Shown here: positions 40,269 through 50,709 of the stretch, one piece after another
How positions within the stretch are numbered: position 1 is the first letter of the stretch
Layout of the letters: the number at the start of each line of letters is the position of its first letter
Origin: an uncultured virus (IMG/VR IMGVR_UViG_3300026154_000024)
Lineage: Duplodnaviria; Heunggongvirae; Uroviricota; Caudoviricetes
DNA: 64,000 bases
Strand: one strand, 5' to 3'
Virus record (IMG/VR): IMGVR_UViG_3300026154_000024
Translations under genes and position numbers: made by a program
Notes under the pieces: generated by a model
Seen by the model: the letters and a program-made list of their open reading frames with translations, nothing else
What the model was told of the DNA's origin: nothing
The model's database searches: none

Positions 40269-43200
40269 ATGCTAAATACAAGTAATAACGATGTAATCAT
40301 TGTTGGCTCGCTTTCCGATAAGGAATTACGCGATTCAATAGACAAGTTAGTAGATTACGTAGGCGATAAGACCACCATAATGGCTGGCAAATTCGACGTG
40401 GCTATGGAAAAGATGAAATCGGCCATGAAAGATTTTGCCATAACTCAAAAGGTTAGCGTTGATTTGATGCAAGACGCATGGAAACAAATGTCTGCATCTT
40501 TCGATGCTATGCTAAAGGCTCAACAAAACGCCACAAGTAGCGGAAATAATAGCGGTACTAGTGGCGGTAATTCACAATATGCCGACAATACCGTAGGCCA
40601 CTTGCAAGAAATCATTGCCTTAGAGGAAAAACGCCGTAAGGAAATGACACTTGGTAGTGATGCCTTGCGTGACCAAAACAAACTTATCGAGGAACAAAAG
40701 GCCAAGTTAAAGGGTGAAACCACAAGCGACCAAGTAAAGGCCGCACAAGCAGCTAAAAAGGAATTGCAAGAGGCTTTCACCATGCCAGCACGTGGATTGG
40801 CCGATGCCGAAAAGAAATTGCAACAATTACAAAGTCTTTCGGCAAAGTTCCAAGGCAAGGGTATTCTCGACCAAACGCAATGGAATCGCCTTAACGCACA
40901 AATCCAAGCCGCACAAGAAAAAATAGACAAATTGCGCCAAAAGAAGCCTACGTCTATTCAAGATGTGTTGGGTATGGACGAGTCGAGTGTTGATGCTATT
41001 GCAAAGAAAATGGCCGCTTTAAAGAAAGTGACCGTTGACCCTCAAAATACTGCACAAGTCAAGCAATTAGGCAATGAATACCAACGTCTTTCCAAGTTAC
41101 AAACATCGTTGCTTGGTAAGAATGCTCAAGTAATTCGTTCAAACAATTACCTTGCACAATCTTTTGGCTACATACGAAATCGAATAGTTTACGCGCTTAC
41201 GTTGGGCGCGATTACATCGTTCACAAAGCAAGTGTACGAAATTCGCGGTCAATACGAATTATTGGAAAGAAGTCTTGGCGTTTTAGTTGGCTCTTTTGAG
41301 CGCGGTTCCGAGATATTCAAGGAATTAAACGAAATGGCAATAAAGTCTCCGTTTACACTTATCGAACTTGGTACTACTGCAAAACAACTTACAGCTTACA
41401 ACTTTGCTGCAGAAGAGGTTGTAGACACTACACGCCGTCTTGCGGACATTTCTGCGGCCTTGGGCATACCGATGGAACGTCTTACATACAACTTGGGGCA
41501 GATTAAGGCACAAGGTGTATTAAATGCGCGTGATGCGCGTGACTTTGCAAACGCTGGTTTGGCTATCGTGCCAATGCTTGCACAAATGTATACGGAACAA
41601 AAACGTTTTGGAGACGAAATGGTAACGACGGCACAAGTTTATGATATGATGTCAAATAAACTTGTATCTTATTCCGACGTTCTACAAGTTTTATACAAGA
41701 TAACCGACGAAGGAGGAAAGTTCTTTGATTTTCAAGCCAAACAAGCAGAAACCCTTAAAGTGCAAATGAATAACCTTACGCTTGCAATGAACAATATGTA
41801 TAATGAAATTGGCGCAAGCAATCAAGGTCTGTTGGTCGGTTCGGTTCAAACTTTAAAAAAGATATTTGAGAATTGGCGTGAAATAGCAAGAACAATAGAA
41901 ACCGTTATCTTTGCACTTGGTACATATAAGGCCATTTCTTTTATAGCCACAAGCGTAGCACCTTGGCTTTCTCTTGCTGGCAGCATACGTTCGGCAAAAG
42001 ATGCTATGGCGTTGTTTAATCTTACTATAAAAGCAAACCCGTTAGGATTAATAGCATCTTTACTTGCATCGGTTATAGGGTACTTTGTTTTGTTTAAAAA
42101 TACAGTTAACGATGCTTCGCATGAAGTTGAATTGTTTGGAGAAAACGGCACGAAAACATTAAAAAAGATTGACACTTTCAAAAAGATACTTGAAGGTACA
42201 AGCGAAACAAGCTCTACTTACAAGAAAACACTTTCGGAATTGTCAAGCATTACGGACGAATATGGTGTTCAACTTGATAAAGAGAATGCAAAACGAAGCG
42301 ACGTTAATAGTGCTATTGAACAAACAATAGAACTTATTAAAACGGAAAGCGCGGAAAGACAACGTGCGAACCAACTTGCAAAGGCACAAGAAACATACGA
42401 TACGCAATCCGAAGACGCAAGAAAAGAATTGCAAGAACGCCTAAAATCCGCAATGACTGGTACTAACTTGGGACTTTTTACTTGGAAGTCAAATAGTAAG
42501 GAACTACAAGAAAACGCGGATGCTATTGCAGATATTGTTGGTAGTATTGTAGAATCAAACATTACGCTCATTGCAGGAAAGACTGGTGAAGAATACGAAA
42601 AAGGCCTGGATAAAATCTTTTCTCTTATTCAAGATAGGATGAAGGCAATAGGCATAAGCGAATCTACGGTATCAAAACAATGGCTTTCTTCTGCTTTGTT
42701 TAGCGAGACGAATATTATTAACGAATATATCGACAAAATAAATAGTGCTAAAAACGCACAAGACACATACATAAAGAAAATAGAACAAAATTACCAAATT
42801 GCAAAAAAAGCAACGAATGCCACAATGTCATTTACCGAAAAGGTAGATGCCAACGCCCGTGCCTTACGCAACAACGCCAACGATGCCGTTTCTTTGTATA
42901 ACCGTGTCTACGAAATAGTAAAACTTGCACAACAAAACCATGTTATCAACTTTGACCTAAAATTAACTGCGCAAAAGCCTCCGCAATGGATGCTAAATAT
43001 GAATTTGCCAGAATTACAAAGGCTTGCTGCGCGTTTTACAGCTATTGCGCAAAGTGGAGGGCATGCTAGAGGATATACACAAGAAACAACATACGAACGT
43101 GGTTTAATGTACGCTTCCGCTGCTCGGCAAAAACAATACGAAGAGGAAAGAAAGGCACTTGAAGATAGAAATAAAAAAAATAATCGTAATCGTAGCGGCG

Positions 43201-45866
43201 GTAGTAAAGGAAGAAAAAATGACAATATTCTTGATGCTCTTAAAGAAGAAATAAGCTTTGTAAAAAAACTGCAATCGGAATACGACAAACTTACAAAGTC
43301 TGGCGTTAATAGTGCCGATGCTATTGCCGCAATGCAAGACGCATACGGTAGCACTTTACGTTTACTAAACAAAGACTTGCAAAAGTTTGGTTTGCCGAGT
43401 ATTGAACTTTCAAATATCTTAGGCAAGAACCCACACGAAATACTTGCAGTTTTCACCGAATTGCGCAATATCCTTGAAAGCAAAGGTTTGAGCAATTTGG
43501 AACGTATGAAGGCTGTGGATGGTGTTATCGAGGAATTGAAAGTGTCTGCAAAGACCTACGACATGAAAAAAGTCACTGACGGTTTGAATAGTGAACTTGG
43601 AAAGATAAAGGACGAGTACGAGTTGGCTATCGAATTGGACGCAAATCCCGAATTGGGCGACATGTTTGCAGATATGTTTGACATTGACACCGATAGTTTG
43701 CCGCACACGTTCGGCGAGGCTTACGACCGCGCAGTTACTATTGCAAGGAGTAAACTCAATGAATTAAGAAAGTCCATGAACGGGACTTTTGACATTGATG
43801 GCTTTGACCTTATGAAAACGAACATTAAAGGAGACGAAAACGGGTTATGGAATGGCATAGACATCAAAAGCAAACCGTTGAAAGAACTTATCAAGTGGCA
43901 AGATACTTGGTGTAAGATGTTCAAGCAAAACATGGTGGAAACCGAAAAGATGCTTGACGATTACGTTAAGAAGTACGGCAATTATTCGGATAAGGTTGCC
44001 GAAATCGAGGCGGACAGACTTGAAAAGATAAAGAAACTTAACGAGGCTTATTACACCGATGCGATGCGCAATAGTCCCGAATACAATCGCAAGCGACAAG
44101 CAATTGATACTGCAGCTGCCAAAGAAAAGTCGCAAGCGAAATGGGATAACTTCACCAACACAAGACTGTATGTGGAAATGTTTGAAAACTTGGAACTTGC
44201 ATCGACTGGCGCGTTAATGGCAATGAAAGAAAAGTTGAACGAGGTTAAGGGTTCTATGAACAATCTTAAACCCGAACAACTAAAGCAAATAACTGCGCAA
44301 TATACCAAACTTGAAAAGGAATTGATGTCACGTAATCCTTTCAAGGGCGCAATCAAACACGCCAAAGACTATATGAAAGCCGTTGGTAAGACGGGCAAAA
44401 AAGCGCAAAAAGACTTTATTACGGCTCAGCGTAACTACGATGCGCAAGAAAAGGTTGTTGCTGCACTTAAAGAACAATACGAACAAAAGAAAGCACAGAT
44501 ACCGACCAACAAAAAGGCTATCGAATCACTTGCACAACAATTAGGGTTAGAGGAAGATAAACTTGCAAAGTTAAAGGAAATACTTAACGCTGCCGACCAA
44601 GAAGCGCAAAAGTATAACATGATGACTAAATTGTTCAAGGAACAAGCAAACGAAATCGCCACATTGTTGCAAACAATCGGACAAAACTTGCAATCGTTGG
44701 CCGACCTACGCGATAACCTACAAAGCACATTCGGCTTTGAATTTAGCGATTCTATTAACGGTGCTATTGATGGGCTTGCACGCATGGGCAAAGGCATTAG
44801 TGGCGCGGTATCAAGCGCACAAAGCGGCGACGTGTTCGGCATCGTGAATGGCGTGGTTGATGTGTTCGCTGGCATCGGTGATGGCATTGCAAGTTTGTTT
44901 GGTGACGGTAGCGCACGAACAAAGCGTATCAACAAAGAAATAGCAAAAACCGTTGAAACCGTTAGGCAATTAAACATGGCTTACAAGGAATTGGATGCTG
45001 TGGTTAATAACGCTATGGGCGCACAAGAATTGCAAGCAAGGCGAGAACAAATCCAAAACAAGCAAAGGCAAGTTGAGGAACTGCAACGCCAAATGCAACT
45101 TGAACAAAGCAAACGTTCAAAAGACCGCGACGATGATAAAATCAAGGAATATCAAGAATCAATACAAGACTTGGAACTTGAAATTGCAGAGTTGAAAAAA
45201 GATGTTGTTGCGAATTTGTTGGGTAGCGATATTAAGGACGCGGCAGAACAATTCGTTTCCACATGGGTCGATGCATGGAGACAAGGTGGTGACACGATGG
45301 AGGCATTAAATGAAAAGTTTGATGATATGATTGACAACATGATAGCAAAAAGTGTTGCATCTTATCTTGTTTCCAAACGCTTACAAAAGATTTTTGACGA
45401 GGTTGACAAACTGACGGACGAAACGTCCGAAGGAGGTCCAGAAATCACAATGAACGAATTAAAACGATTGAAAAACTTGATAGGCGACAAGTCTATTGCC
45501 GAGCAAATTAACGACGACCTTGCCAATTTGTACGGAGCATTGGGAATAGCATTTGGTGTTAATTCTGAACAAGAAAAGAACTTGTCGGCATTACAGCAAG
45601 GTATTGCTGGTGTAAGCGAGGAAACGGCATCTGCGGTCGAAGCGTACCTCAATGGTATGTCACAACAAGCATATCTTAGAAACGACCTGTTGGTACAAAT
45701 TCGTGACACAATAATGTCGTTCGATATGGATGTTCAACTTGGGGTATTCTCGCAAATGCTATTGCAGTTACAAAACAACTACATCGTTATGCAATCAATG
45801 CAATCAATGATGGAAGGATGGACTACACCAAGCGGACAAGGTATTAGGGTGGAACTTATTAGTTGA
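40269..45866 (+). CDS. tape measure protein
   Basis: 1865 aa helical; A.KSPF...L...AKQL.AY..LGQIKA.G.L tape-measure domain; ANPLGLI. Confidence 0.93.
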   Translation: MLNTSNNDVIIVGSLSDKELRDSIDKLVDYVGDKTTIMAGKFDVAMEKMKSAMKDFAITQKVSVDLMQDAWKQMSASFDAMLKAQQNATSSGNNSGTSGGNSQYADNTVGHLQEIIALEEKRRKEMTLGSDALRDQNKLIEEQKAKLKGETTSDQVKAAQAAKKELQEAFTMPARGLADAEKKLQQLQSLSAKFQGKGILDQTQWNRLNAQIQAAQEKIDKLRQKKPTSIQDVLGMDESSVDAIAKKMAALKKVTVDPQNTAQVKQLGNEYQRLSKLQTSLLGKNAQVIRSNNYLAQSFGYIRNRIVYALTLGAITSFTKQVYEIRGQYELLERSLGVLVGSFERGSEIFKELNEMAIKSPFTLIELGTTAKQLTAYNFAAEEVVDTTRRLADISAALGIPMERLTYNLGQIKAQGVLNARDARDFANAGLAIVPMLAQMYTEQKRFGDEMVTTAQVYDMMSNKLVSYSDVLQVLYKITDEGGKFFDFQAKQAETLKVQMNNLTLAMNNMYNEIGASNQGLLVGSVQTLKKIFENWREIARTIETVIFALGTYKAISFIATSVAPWLSLAGSIRSAKDAMALFNLTIKANPLGLIASLLASVIGYFVLFKNTVNDASHEVELFGENGTKTLKKIDTFKKILEGTSETSSTYKKTLSELSSITDEYGVQLDKENAKRSDVNSAIEQTIELIKTESAERQRANQLAKAQETYDTQSEDARKELQERLKSAMTGTNLGLFTWKSNSKELQENADAIADIVGSIVESNITLIAGKTGEEYEKGLDKIFSLIQDRMKAIGISESTVSKQWLSSALFSETNIINEYIDKINSAKNAQDTYIKKIEQNYQIAKKATNATMSFTEKVDANARALRNNANDAVSLYNRVYEIVKLAQQNHVINFDLKLTAQKPPQWMLNMNLPELQRLAARFTAIAQSGGHARGYTQETTYERGLMYASAARQKQYEEERKALEDRNKKNNRNRSGGSKGRKNDNILDALKEEISFVKKLQSEYDKLTKSGVNSADAIAAMQDAYGSTLRLLNKDLQKFGLPSIELSNILGKNPHEILAVFTELRNILESKGLSNLERMKAVDGVIEELKVSAKTYDMKKVTDGLNSELGKIKDEYELAIELDANPELGDMFADMFDIDTDSLPHTFGEAYDRAVTIARSKLNELRKSMNGTFDIDGFDLMKTNIKGDENGLWNGIDIKSKPLKELIKWQDTWCKMFKQNMVETEKMLDDYVKKYGNYSDKVAEIEADRLEKIKKLNEAYYTDAMRNSPEYNRKRQAIDTAAAKEKSQAKWDNFTNTRLYVEMFENLELASTGALMAMKEKLNEVKGSMNNLKPEQLKQITAQYTKLEKELMSRNPFKGAIKHAKDYMKAVGKTGKKAQKDFITAQRNYDAQEKVVAALKEQYEQKKAQIPTNKKAIESLAQQLGLEEDKLAKLKEILNAADQEAQKYNMMTKLFKEQANEIATLLQTIGQNLQSLADLRDNLQSTFGFEFSDSINGAIDGLARMGKGISGAVSSAQSGDVFGIVNGVVDVFAGIGDGIASLFGDGSARTKRINKEIAKTVETVRQLNMAYKELDAVVNNAMGAQELQARREQIQNKQRQVEELQRQMQLEQSKRSKDRDDDKIKEYQESIQDLELEIAELKKDVVANLLGSDIKDAAEQFVSTWVDAWRQGGDTMEALNEKFDDMIDNMIAKSVASYLVSKRLQKIFDEVDKLTDETSEGGPEITMNELKRLKNLIGDKSIAEQINDDLANLYGALGIAFGVNSEQEKNLSALQQGIAGVSEETASAVEAYLNGMSQQAYLRNDLLVQIRDTIMSFDMDVQLGVFSQMLLQLQNNYIVMQSMQSMMEGWTTPSGQGIRVELIS

Positions 45867-45916
45867 ATTACTTAAAAGGTTTTGGGTATGTTTAGAATAT
45901 TATGTATCTTTGCAAT

Positions 45917-46010
45917 GTGGATAGGGTGGTTTGGCCACCATCTGATAAGGGGCAAGTCTGTCGCCCCTTCCACAATTTCAATGACAGACACGATTAAAAG
46001 AACAGACAAT
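45917..46010 (+). ncRNA. structured endonuclease-leader RNA, copy 3
   Basis: GTGGA-TAG-GGTGG/CCATC-TGAT-AAGGGGC(AAGTCTGTC)GCCCCTT-CCAC; loop pairs with GACAGAC 45983-45989 and ACAGAC 46002-46007. Confidence 0.8.
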
Positions 46011-46841
46011 ATGACAAAAATGAAACCTTTGGCACAAGTGCTCAAAGAATTTAGAGGCGTTCACGGTGATAGGTATAACTACAAGGAAGTCTACGAATCC
46101 AATTATCACGGCAATAAAACTGTTATTTCTGTAATATGCAGAGCACATGGGGCGTTTCCTATAAGTGTTGGGAATCATCTAATTGGTCAAGGATGTCCTG
46201 AATGTGCTAAGATAAAACGCAGAATAAGCAACACTGGCAATGTGCGCAAAAGAACCAAACTTGTGTACGGTGTTGGCGTAAACGATTATAAAGAAAACAC
46301 AAAATACAACCATGTACATATACCATCTTATCACACATGGGGGCAAATGCTAAAAAGGTGTTATTCAAAAGAATTTTTAGATAAACAAACGACTTATCGT
46401 GGATGTTCTGTTTGCGAGGAATGGTGGTCGTTCTCAAACTTTAAGAAGTGGTTTGACGAGAACTATATCGAAGGGTACAGTTTGGATAAGGATATTTTAT
46501 TTAAGGGGAATAAAATTTATTCACCAGAAACTTGATGTTTCGTACCTAACGAGATAAATGTTCTATTGTGTAAGAATGATTCAAAAAGAGGCAAAATGCC
46601 AATTGGTGTTTGCGAAAGGAAAATGGTTAATGGATATAAATACGTTGCATACGTCAACAATAGTACCAAAAAACATTTCCATCTTGGGACTTTTGACACT
46701 CCAGAAGAATCATTTTACGCCTACAAGGTTGAAAAAGAAGCGTACATTAAAGAGGTTGCGCAATCTTATTACAACAAAGGGCTTGTAACCGAAAGAGTTT
46801 ATAATGCGCTAATGAATTACAATGTTGAAATAACGGACTAA
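46011..46841 (+). pseudogene. homing-endonuclease-like gene, paralogue of 15985-16788, with in-frame TGA at 46533-46535
   Basis: YSPET*CFVPNEIN aligns to YSPSTCCMIPSEIN; frame continues to 46841. Confidence 0.8.
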
Positions 46842-46845
46842 CTAT

Positions 46846-47436
46846 ATGGACGCACTACAAAACTATTATAAAAATTCGCTATTGAACAACCTTTGTAAAG
46901 AATACAAAGGTGAATGGCAATCATGCCACAACGATAAGAGCAAACTAATGGAATTGGTCTTACGTAGGCAAAGTTTACCACACTTTATGACTTATGCGCA
47001 TAATGGGTGTGGAATTACGAAAGAGTACGCTAAAACGCATTTCAAAGACTATCTTAATGGTAATAAGGTATTCATTGATGTTGATGGTGTAAAAGGTGAC
47101 TATACGTCGGGAATGTATATTGACTACGATAGCGACGAAGTTGTGGAAATCAACCTTAATACGTGCGCTATCCTTTGGTGTAAGGACATGAATATAAGCG
47201 TTCCAACAACTATGTGTCCTTTCTTTTATATATCTAACGATAGCGACGTAAATATATCTTTAGATGGTTTCAACTACGTTTCTATCTACCTTTTCGACAA
47301 TAGCAAGGTGACGATTGACGATACCGACGAGGATAGCAATGTAGTAATATACAAATATTCGGATAAGGCGCAAGTTGAACTTGGAAAGTATTGTCTTGCC
47401 GATGTAAAAGTGTTCGATAAACAATTAAAACTATAA
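46846..47436 (+). CDS. hypothetical protein (tail region)
   Basis: 196-aa ORF. Confidence 0.6.
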   Translation: MDALQNYYKNSLLNNLCKEYKGEWQSCHNDKSKLMELVLRRQSLPHFMTYAHNGCGITKEYAKTHFKDYLNGNKVFIDVDGVKGDYTSGMYIDYDSDEVVEINLNTCAILWCKDMNISVPTTMCPFFYISNDSDVNISLDGFNYVSIYLFDNSKVTIDDTDEDSNVVIYKYSDKAQVELGKYCLADVKVFDKQLKL

Positions 47437-47442
47437 TAGGCT

Positions 47443-47928
47443 ATGGCAAATAAATCAAGTGGGCGTTATTACGCTAAAAATACGGAAAGCGGTACTTTCG
47501 CGGATATTACCACGTTGTTTGACGGCGTGGCCGTGTTGAAAGTCGATGGTTTCAATGCGAAGGGAAAGCCAGTGAACGTCTATACGGCGCAATGGGTGAA
47601 CAGCCAAGCGGAGGACTTTTTGATTACGACTTTAGACGGTAGCAATAACCCCGTCGTTATCCGCGAGAACACTGATATTGAAATAACGTTCATCGTAAAG
47701 CAAAAATACGCTTCATCTACGATTAACGTATTGACGCAACATGACGGCTTTGTAAACTACATGACCAATTCGGACGTGTGGATAAAATCCGCTTACATGG
47801 GTAACAAGTATGTGCATTGTGTTTGCTTGAAAGAATACAAGCCCACGACGCAAAAACTTGGTAGGGGTAGCGATTCATACATGATGGGTACTATTACCTT
47901 GCATTGTCTTGACGCACCAACAACATAA
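47443..47928 (+). CDS. distal tail protein (Dit-like, putative)
   Basis: GKPVNVYTAQW..SQAED; downstream of tape measure. Confidence 0.55.
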   Translation: MANKSSGRYYAKNTESGTFADITTLFDGVAVLKVDGFNAKGKPVNVYTAQWVNSQAEDFLITTLDGSNNPVVIRENTDIEITFIVKQKYASSTINVLTQHDGFVNYMTNSDVWIKSAYMGNKYVHCVCLKEYKPTTQKLGRGSDSYMMGTITLHCLDAPTT

Positions 47929-47991
47929 GATTTCTCGGTTTAACATCTTTCTAAATTTCTTTTTGCGTAAAATTCAGATTCCAAACAAACA

Positions 47992-48038
47992 AAAGCGAAA
48001 AGAAAAGTGGCCACCGTCCGCGAGGATAGTGACCACTT
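47992..48038 (-). terminator. intrinsic terminator between convergent operons
   Basis: AAGTGGTCACTATCC-TCGC-GGACGGTGGCCACTT then TTCTTTT on minus strand. Confidence 0.7.
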
Positions 48039-48069
48039 AACATTTATGGCAATTTTAACAACAAAGATT

Positions 48070-48528
48070 TTACTTGCCTTTGAAGAACATTCTTTGATAC
48101 CAAGGCAACCCGCAAACATAGTCATAGTTTGCGATGGCAACGTCACGCTCGCCAGTAAGGTCTTGAATGTTCTTTTTGTTGTTGGCGATGCGCTTGTTAA
48201 GTTCGGCGATTTGCGATTGAAGGCCAGCAATCACGCGGTCTTTTTCCTCAACGGTAGCGTTAAGGCTTGCGATTTGTCCGGCTTTCTTTTCGTTCAATTC
48301 GTCGGCCTCTTTTGCATAAGCCTTGATGCGGCCAATCTCTTCCTGTGCTTCTTTCTTGCACATTTCGATGTCATTCTGCAAAGATTTGATGTAAATGGCA
48401 TCGTTCTTGGCTTGTTTCTTGTAACGGTCATTTGATGTCTTAAATCCACCGATTTGACGTTTCAACGAGGCGTTTTCCTTCATCAACTCTTGGTTGTCGC
48501 CCTTGAGGGCTTGAATGGTTTGCTCCAT
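48070..48528 (-). CDS. coiled-coil hypothetical protein
   Basis: heptad-rich; LPWYQRMF end. Confidence 0.65.
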   Translation of the reverse strand: MEQTIQALKGDNQELMKENASLKRQIGGFKTSNDRYKKQAKNDAIYIKSLQNDIEMCKKEAQEEIGRIKAYAKEADELNEKKAGQIASLNATVEEKDRVIAGLQSQIAELNKRIANNKKNIQDLTGERDVAIANYDYVCGLPWYQRMFFKGK

Positions 48529-48606
48529 GTTTGTTTTTGAACTCGTAATTACGTAATTTTTTAAGTTAAATATTTGGGTTATATAACACATCTACAATAG
48601 TAGAAA

Positions 48607-49008
48607 TTAAAAATCTGGTTTGTTGTAGTCATCAAGATTGGGGAACGCGGTATCGTGCATTTGGCTTTCCTTAATCATCTTGTTTTCTTGTTTCACGCTT
48701 GCGCGTGGGAAAGATGCAAGATTGATTGTTTGGCCTAACACGGAATACCCGTCAACGATGTTTTGGTTTTGGATTGCGTAAGGCAATATTTCGCCTTTGA
48801 CTTGCACCAACATACCATTGGCAAAATGTTCGTTGATGTATTTCTTGAAATACGGCTTAAACACGCATTTCCATGAAAGGTACTTATCATCGACCGTTTC
48901 GCCATTTGGTTTTTTATAGCCGCGTTTAAATTCGTCTATGAACACCAAGGCCGCACCGGGTAGGTACTTGACCGTGTTTATAAACCCTGTGACCGTAAAA
49001 TCTGCCAT
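48607..49008 (-). CDS. SSB-like OB-fold protein
   Basis: FTVTGFI..., GMLVQVKGEI, acidic PDF end. Confidence 0.5.
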   Translation of the reverse strand: MADFTVTGFINTVKYLPGAALVFIDEFKRGYKKPNGETVDDKYLSWKCVFKPYFKKYINEHFANGMLVQVKGEILPYAIQNQNIVDGYSVLGQTINLASFPRASVKQENKMIKESQMHDTAFPNLDDYNKPDF

Positions 49009-49013
49009 AATCT

Positions 49014-49250
49014 TTATTTTGTTTCCTCCGCGTAAGCATAGCAAACCGTGTCCGTAACCTTGATAGTCACAAAACCGCTATTGCTACGTTTCGATGGTTG
49101 CAATTCACAACATTGCACAACCTTTGTCGAATATTCGTTCAACGCATAACGTTTTCTATGTACGCAAGTCCTACAACACTTTAGTTTATTTGCATCCCAA
49201 TCGGCCATTTCCTTAAATAGTTCGTTCATGTATTTTGCATTACAATCCAT
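49014..49250 (-). CDS. small Cys-rich protein
   Basis: CCRTCVH..CCELQ..VC. Confidence 0.6.
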   Translation of the reverse strand: MDCNAKYMNELFKEMADWDANKLKCCRTCVHRKRYALNEYSTKVVQCCELQPSKRSNSGFVTIKVTDTVCYAYAEETK

Positions 49251-49347
49251 ACCTTTTGATTTAAGCCGTTTTTTATTCGTTCTAAACGCACAAAACGCAA
49301 AAGACGATAAGTTATACCTTTTTGCAATTTCATGCGCTTAGAACGCT

Positions 49348-49626
49348 TTATTTTTGATTATCCAATTCCATGATAGTTAGAATACAATAAACACTTGTAT
49401 CAAGAATTGTATCACGTAGGCTTTCGTTTTTGATATTCATTTTTTGCCCTTTGACTATATTCTTCATACGCTTAACCTTGTCGTTTATGCGTGCAACTGC
49501 TGGTATAAACCCAAACTCCTGTATTGTTTCAGCAAAACTATTTCCATAGTCGCTATTTTTCTTTTCATACGTTTCGCGCATTTCCAAAAGGATTTCGCTA
49601 AACTTATCAACATTACTACTTTCCAT
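49348..49626 (-). CDS. DUF1599 / nucleotide-modification-associated domain 1 protein
   Basis: YEKKNSDYGNSF, RINDKVKR, ESLRDTILD. Confidence 0.8.
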   Translation of the reverse strand: MESSNVDKFSEILLEMRETYEKKNSDYGNSFAETIQEFGFIPAVARINDKVKRMKNIVKGQKMNIKNESLRDTILDTSVYCILTIMELDNQK

Positions 49627-50032
49627 TTTTTTCTTTTTCGTATTCCATCAATATCCCTACAATAGCACAGCAAAAGTCGTATTGCGACGTGTTCTTTGGC
49701 AACTTATCCCAATTATGGCAAAGCCAGTCGGCAAGTTTATCCATGCCTCCAAGTTTTGATAATGGTGTTTCTTGGATGTCGCTGGCCTTTTGGCACATGA
49801 AACAGTCACGGAGATAACGTCCAGTAGAATAGTTCTTGCCATATAGATGCTTAGTGATTACCCAAACGCCTTCATCCAAGTCTTTTTCAATTGACATGGA
49901 AACGGGCTTGTAATACACCTTTTTCCCATAGACATATTTACGGTATAAAGCGTTATCGAAAGGAGGCTCTGGTTCGCGCCACCTTTCGTAACGGCCATTT
50001 TCTTTTTTAATGTATAGCTTCGGCCTATCCAT
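49616..50032 (-). CDS. hypothetical protein
   Basis: 138-aa ORF in operon. Confidence 0.6.
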   Translation of the reverse strand: MDRPKLYIKKENGRYERWREPEPPFDNALYRKYVYGKKVYYKPVSMSIEKDLDEGVWVITKHLYGKNYSTGRYLRDCFMCQKASDIQETPLSKLGGMDKLADWLCHNWDKLPKNTSQYDFCCAIVGILMEYEKEKNGK

Positions 50033-50041
50033 GTCAAAGAC

Positions 50042-50587
50042 TTACTTTTCGTCATTCTTGTTGGCCTTATTGGTCTTACGCGCCTTGCCCTTGCCGTTGG
50101 TTGGAATGGTAATCATATCGATACCGCGCTTTACGGCTTGGTGAATAAGTGCTCGCATAAGACAATCGGCAAAGTCCTCACACTCTTGGCAATCCTTTGA
50201 CTTGGGGTCGAAATCGTCGGGAGGTGCAGGAATTGACTCGTCGGCACGTTTCTTGATTTTCTTGGCCGCAGTATCAATGGCATCTTTCAAAAGTTCTGCG
50301 AACTGCAATGAGATAGCGTCTTTCGGTGTGAGCACGGTGACGATAGCGTTCAACAATGCGTTTGCAATTGCCATGCTACCCTTATCGGCATCCTCGGCCA
50401 AAGACTTGCGAATGATTTGCACCATTCCGTTGGCAATCATCTCGGGGTCGCCCGTGAAAATCAGTTGGCCACCTTTCTTGCTTTCCGATGCGCCCTTGAC
50501 ACCATAAATGGCGAAAAGCGTATCACCCATGTTTGAACAGTCGTTAAGCACGTTTTTAAGTGCCTTAAAATTCTTTGTTGCTTTCAT
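50042..50587 (-). CDS. hypothetical protein
   Basis: 181 aa after promoter 50641-50648. Confidence 0.65.
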   Translation of the reverse strand: MKATKNFKALKNVLNDCSNMGDTLFAIYGVKGASESKKGGQLIFTGDPEMIANGMVQIIRKSLAEDADKGSMAIANALLNAIVTVLTPKDAISLQFAELLKDAIDTAAKKIKKRADESIPAPPDDFDPKSKDCQECEDFADCLMRALIHQAVKRGIDMITIPTNGKGKARKTNKANKNDEK

Positions 50588-50709
50588 AAATGTTTTGTTT
50601 TTAATAAGTGAACAAAATAATTATTATTTAAAATTCGGTGCAAAGATAGTGCTAATTTTTGAATATTCCGAATTTCACACTATCTTTTAAGTTTTATTAT
50701 GTTAATATA

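Noticed and set aside
46533..46535. Selenocysteine or genome-wide stop-codon recoding
   Set aside because: Single case, no evident SECIS or suppressor tRNA; long genes are intact in the standard code and TGA/TAG end other genes.
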